Virus record (IMG/VR): IMGVR_UViG_3300043747_000016
Span: 1 to 37,964 of that record
DNA: 37,964 nt
Source of the DNA: a virus
Lineage: Duplodnaviria > Caudoviricetes
Reading direction: 5' to 3' (one strand)
Every line of letters starts with the position of its first letter. Position 1 is the first letter of the stretch. The notes below the pieces were generated by a model. It searched no databases and had not been told where the DNA came from. It worked only from the letters and a program-made list of their open reading frames with translations. Positions 34,994 through 37,964 of the stretch are shown here, piece after piece. Made by a program: the position numbers and the translations under genes.

Positions 34994-35767
34994 TCATGAA
35001 ATCACTTGGCGTTTCCTACCTTGATAATCTCCGTATTTTCGCATGTTCCTTCTTTTATCAACAATGTGGATCCGTTCTCTGCCAAGTTCATAAGCTATTT
35101 CATCATCAGATAAACCCATACTTTCAAGATCCAGAAACATTCGAACTTCTTTTCTTGTCCAACGCAAGGATATTTTTTTCCTTGGAATAATCCCTTTTTC
35201 TCTTAATCGGGAGACTCTGCGTTGTACTGCATTTTCACTTCGATTCAAGAATTCACCGATTTCTTTTTGCGTGTAATTGCCATTAAGTAAACTTATAAGC
35301 CTTTTATCTTCTTCATCGGACCATATAGCTGCCTGGCGTTTAGGTATGCAGTGATAATCTCGTTGACGTTCTTCTTTTACCCATACTGGTTCAGGTAATA
35401 GTAAAAGTGGATCGATTTTAAAGAAATTGATTTTTTCTTTATTTTTCTTTGCCCATTTCCAAAAATCATCAACGCTAATCAAGTTGAATTTTGCTGTTTG
35501 TCGTGTAACTTTTCTAACTGATTTTAAACCATGATTTTCTATCCAACGATAAACAGCGTGACTATCTACATTTAATGCATTTGCTAATTCATTGGCTGTT
35601 AATTTTCCAGACAACAATTTTGTATTTTCAATTCCTAAACGTCTAACCCTTACCTCAATAGCATTGACTGATCGTCCTAACCTTTTAGCTAGCCCCGGGA
35701 AACTTAAAGTTCCAACCTTTTCTTTTAAAAAATCTTCTTCTTCCATTGTCCAATGCTTACCAGGCAT
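34994..35767 (-). CDS. Multi-repeat HTH/Myb-like DNA-binding protein
   Basis: Three W(T/S)xxE...(I/L)xxxLxR repeats plus a central HTH. Confidence 0.7.
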   Translation of the reverse strand: MPGKHWTMEEEDFLKEKVGTLSFPGLAKRLGRSVNAIEVRVRRLGIENTKLLSGKLTANELANALNVDSHAVYRWIENHGLKSVRKVTRQTAKFNLISVDDFWKWAKKNKEKINFFKIDPLLLLPEPVWVKEERQRDYHCIPKRQAAIWSDEEDKRLISLLNGNYTQKEIGEFLNRSENAVQRRVSRLREKGIIPRKKISLRWTRKEVRMFLDLESMGLSDDEIAYELGRERIHIVDKRRNMRKYGDYQGRKRQVIS

Positions 35768-35780
35768 TAGTTTTCCACCC

Positions 35781-36305
35781 CTATTCCTTTAATAAATTTC
35801 TAACTTGATAGTACAAATGATGGTATATAAAATTACCCATTAATTTTTTATCCATCCAAACAGTATTAAAGCCATATCTAGCTTCGAAAGCCTTTAACCT
35901 ACCCAATAGTGCCTGTGGCTTATATTTGCTTCTGTATACCCCGTTTAAAAGGTTCTCGTAGGTATCTTCAATAACTAATAAGAAGTTCATCCCATGACTA
36001 CGAATCAATTCATTCTCAAAACGATCCTCTTTGGTGTTTTGGGCAAATTCATCTATGTTTGCTTTCCGTTCGATGACAATATCAAAATATAAATCTCGCA
36101 GAAGTCCCAATTCTGGATTAGCTGGTATCATCGCAGCATAATCACCGGTATCAAGTTTCTGAAATTTGAAAGGTACTTCCTTTTTTCGAAAATAATCAAC
36201 GATATGCTGATTGCTTTTCTCCCTGGTATCCACAATGAGGATGAGACTATCTAAGATGGTTTTGATTTCTTTATCTGTAAATTTGTAATGGAGCAAATCT
36301 TTCAA
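35781..36305 (-). CDS. ERCC4/XPF-like nuclease
   Basis: VDTRE, GDY and IERK motifs. Confidence 0.9.
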   Translation of the reverse strand: MKDLLHYKFTDKEIKTILDSLILIVDTREKSNQHIVDYFRKKEVPFKFQKLDTGDYAAMIPANPELGLLRDLYFDIVIERKANIDEFAQNTKEDRFENELIRSHGMNFLLVIEDTYENLLNGVYRSKYKPQALLGRLKAFEARYGFNTVWMDKKLMGNFIYHHLYYQVRNLLKE

Positions 36306-36742
36306 CTCCGTTTCCTGAAGTAATTCATGGACCGTTCAAATAATTCTTTTGAAAGGGTATCTGTTTCATCAGATTCATAATTTGCTAACGGATCAGGTGG
36401 AAACCATCCATTTTTAGCAAACTGCTTTATTAACTCCATTACCATAATTGGAGTACCTTCATCTTCATTCAGCCATTTGCCAATCTTGTCATTCATTTCT
36501 TGTTCTATACAAAGGTAAAAATTAAATATTTTATCAATGGTTTGTTTAATCGCATGGTCCTGATTCGAATACTCACCTTTGAGGTATGAAACAATCCATT
36601 TTTTATAATCCTTAACAACTTGTTCTATTTCAGGATAGATATTCATAGGATTGTCTATATAAAGATCGTCACCTTCCACAGTGAGATTTGAACCCATCGA
36701 TTGAATATCTTTAATGATTTGTTTTGGATGCAATTTTTTCAC
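36302..36742 (-). CDS. Hypothetical protein downstream of the primase
   Basis: Track ORF. Confidence 0.7.
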   Translation of the reverse strand: MKKLHPKQIIKDIQSMGSNLTVEGDDLYIDNPMNIYPEIEQVVKDYKKWIVSYLKGEYSNQDHAIKQTIDKIFNFYLCIEQEMNDKIGKWLNEDEGTPIMVMELIKQFAKNGWFPPDPLANYESDETDTLSKELFERSMNYFRKRS

Positions 36743-36753
36743 CTTTTTTCAAC

Positions 36754-37100
36754 GGGTTAATAAAGGGTTAATAAATAAAATCATTCATTAACCTGTATAA
36801 ACCAAGTAATACCAATGGTTTGAGCGTTTGGGTTAACGGAGGTTAATGGTTTTTACATTACCAGTTTCACATGTATATATGCCATATGCTTTTATATGTT
36901 TTTCTTATAAAATGGAACATGTATTTTTATTAACCCTTATTAACCCTTATATTATTTTTTATATATAAATAAACAATAAATATATAAATAAACATTGATT
37001 TATCAAGGTTTTTAAAGCTTTTTTCGATTTATTGGAGTAACTATATTTGGGTTAATTAATTCATCTTTTTGATTAATTTCGTTAACCCATTCGTTAACCC
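36754..37100. repeat. Putative replication origin with (G)GGTTAA(T/C) iterons
   Basis: About ten copies in both orientations around very AT-rich DNA at the 3' end of the primase gene. Confidence 0.65.
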
Positions 37101-37964
37101 CATATCCTTCTGCAAAACCTGGGTTGCCAATCAACCCCACACCGAAAAAGTAAACTTTATTTTTAGCCCCGTTTGCTTTTTTATATCCTCTTGTTTCTAA
37201 TTGACGGTAAAATGCACGATTTTTTAATTCAATCTCTCCGTTTTCAAAACACCATTTTTTATAATCATCAAATATGTTTTTCGCTTCGACTTTTGCGAGA
37301 GGATTGATAATGCATCTTTCCGAGAGATAAGGACCCAAAATATCCATTTCATCACGATAACTTTCTGTCGCTTGCTTAATAGATTCTGGTTCTCCCAATC
37401 CTTCACTTTGCCACTTCAAACAACCATCAACAGCCCATTTAAGGATGCCAGACATTTCTTTTTCAAGTTTTTTCGGTAACTCTTTATCGATCTTTTCCTT
37501 TGGTATGGTGACGGTAAATGGAATCAGTCTAATTCTTCGCCAAATTCCTTCATCGCTACCTTTTACAATGGGCTTATGATTGGTTGTGAAGAATACTTTA
37601 AATTCAGGAGTAAACTCGAAAAATTCTTGTCTAAGGAATCGTGCAGATATTTTTTCTCCACCAGTTATTTGCTTAACCAACGATTCAGATAACTGCTGCC
37701 CTTCTTCACTTTCCACAGCTGAAACAAATCTTGCTCCATCCAATCTTGCAATATCGTTATTTACAGCGTTATCGTTTTTCTTTTTAATGAAAGTATCGCT
37801 ATTTGTTTGCCTACCATAATCACCAAGCAAAGTTTGAATGGTATTAATGAAGGTTGATTTTCCGTTTCTGCCGGTACCATACAAGAAAAACATCACTTGT
37901 TCGGATATATCTCCAGTAAGCGTATATCCAATTGCTTTTTGTAAAAAATTGATGATTTCATAAT
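37012..37964 (-). CDS. P4-family primase/helicase, C-terminal SF3 helicase part
   Basis: Walker A GTGRNGKST, KQITGG, TNHKP and IWRR motifs. Confidence 0.95.
   Translation of the reverse strand, partial: YEIINFLQKAIGYTLTGDISEQVMFFLYGTGRNGKSTFINTIQTLLGDYGRQTNSDTFIKKKNDNAVNNDIARLDGARFVSAVESEEGQQLSESLVKQITGGEKISARFLRQEFFEFTPEFKVFFTTNHKPIVKGSDEGIWRRIRLIPFTVTIPKEKIDKELPKKLEKEMSGILKWAVDGCLKWQSEGLGEPESIKQATESYRDEMDILGPYLSERCIINPLAKVEAKNIFDDYKKWCFENGEIELKNRAFYRQLETRGYKKANGAKNKVYFFGVGLIGNPGFAEGYGVNEWVNEINQKDELINPNIVTPINRKKL
37838..37964. repeat. Terminal direct repeat, copy 2 (assembly overlap)
   Basis: Identical to 1-127. Confidence 0.95.

Noticed and set aside
37838-37964. 127-bp terminal repeat as a biological DTR
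   Set aside because: It falls mid-gene and equals a common assembler k-mer length; the packaging genes point to cos ends.
1-37964. CRISPR array, tRNA, DGR/retron reverse transcriptase, arbitrium aimR/aimP, invertase shufflon
   Set aside because: By eye, no regularly spaced repeat-spacer array, cloverleaf, RT motif, TPR receptor-peptide pair or inverted crossover sites were found.

Overview
The window is a complete circular genome (37,837 bp plus a 127-bp assembly overlap at the ends) of a temperate Bacillaceae-type siphophage. It carries a P4-type primase-helicase that spans the contig junction, ERF/DUF669 recombination genes, a cro/cI switch, a large serine integrase followed by an intact attP-like dyad, an FtsK + Replic_Relax accessory operon, a lysis module, a tail module, an HK97-type head and packaging module, and an ArpU-like late activator. 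The main unexplained signal is a family of eight 24-bp 9-6-9 imperfect dyad sites, all on the minus strand. They abut stop codons and bracket small accessory genes in four pairs. One lies in frame inside the tail-spike gene, where the N-terminal anchor meets the depolymerase domain. This suggests a site-specific gene-cassette and receptor-binding-domain exchange system whose recombinase is not evident in this genome. Other signals: a CmpA-like peptide, two sigma-H promoters, a Spo0A-box-like cluster, a LexA box before the integrase, a structured leader on an HNH-AP2 endonuclease, a CysE-like acetyltransferase next to the depolymerase, and an apparent ATC start for the primase. All family assignments come from motif recognition by eye; no searches were run.
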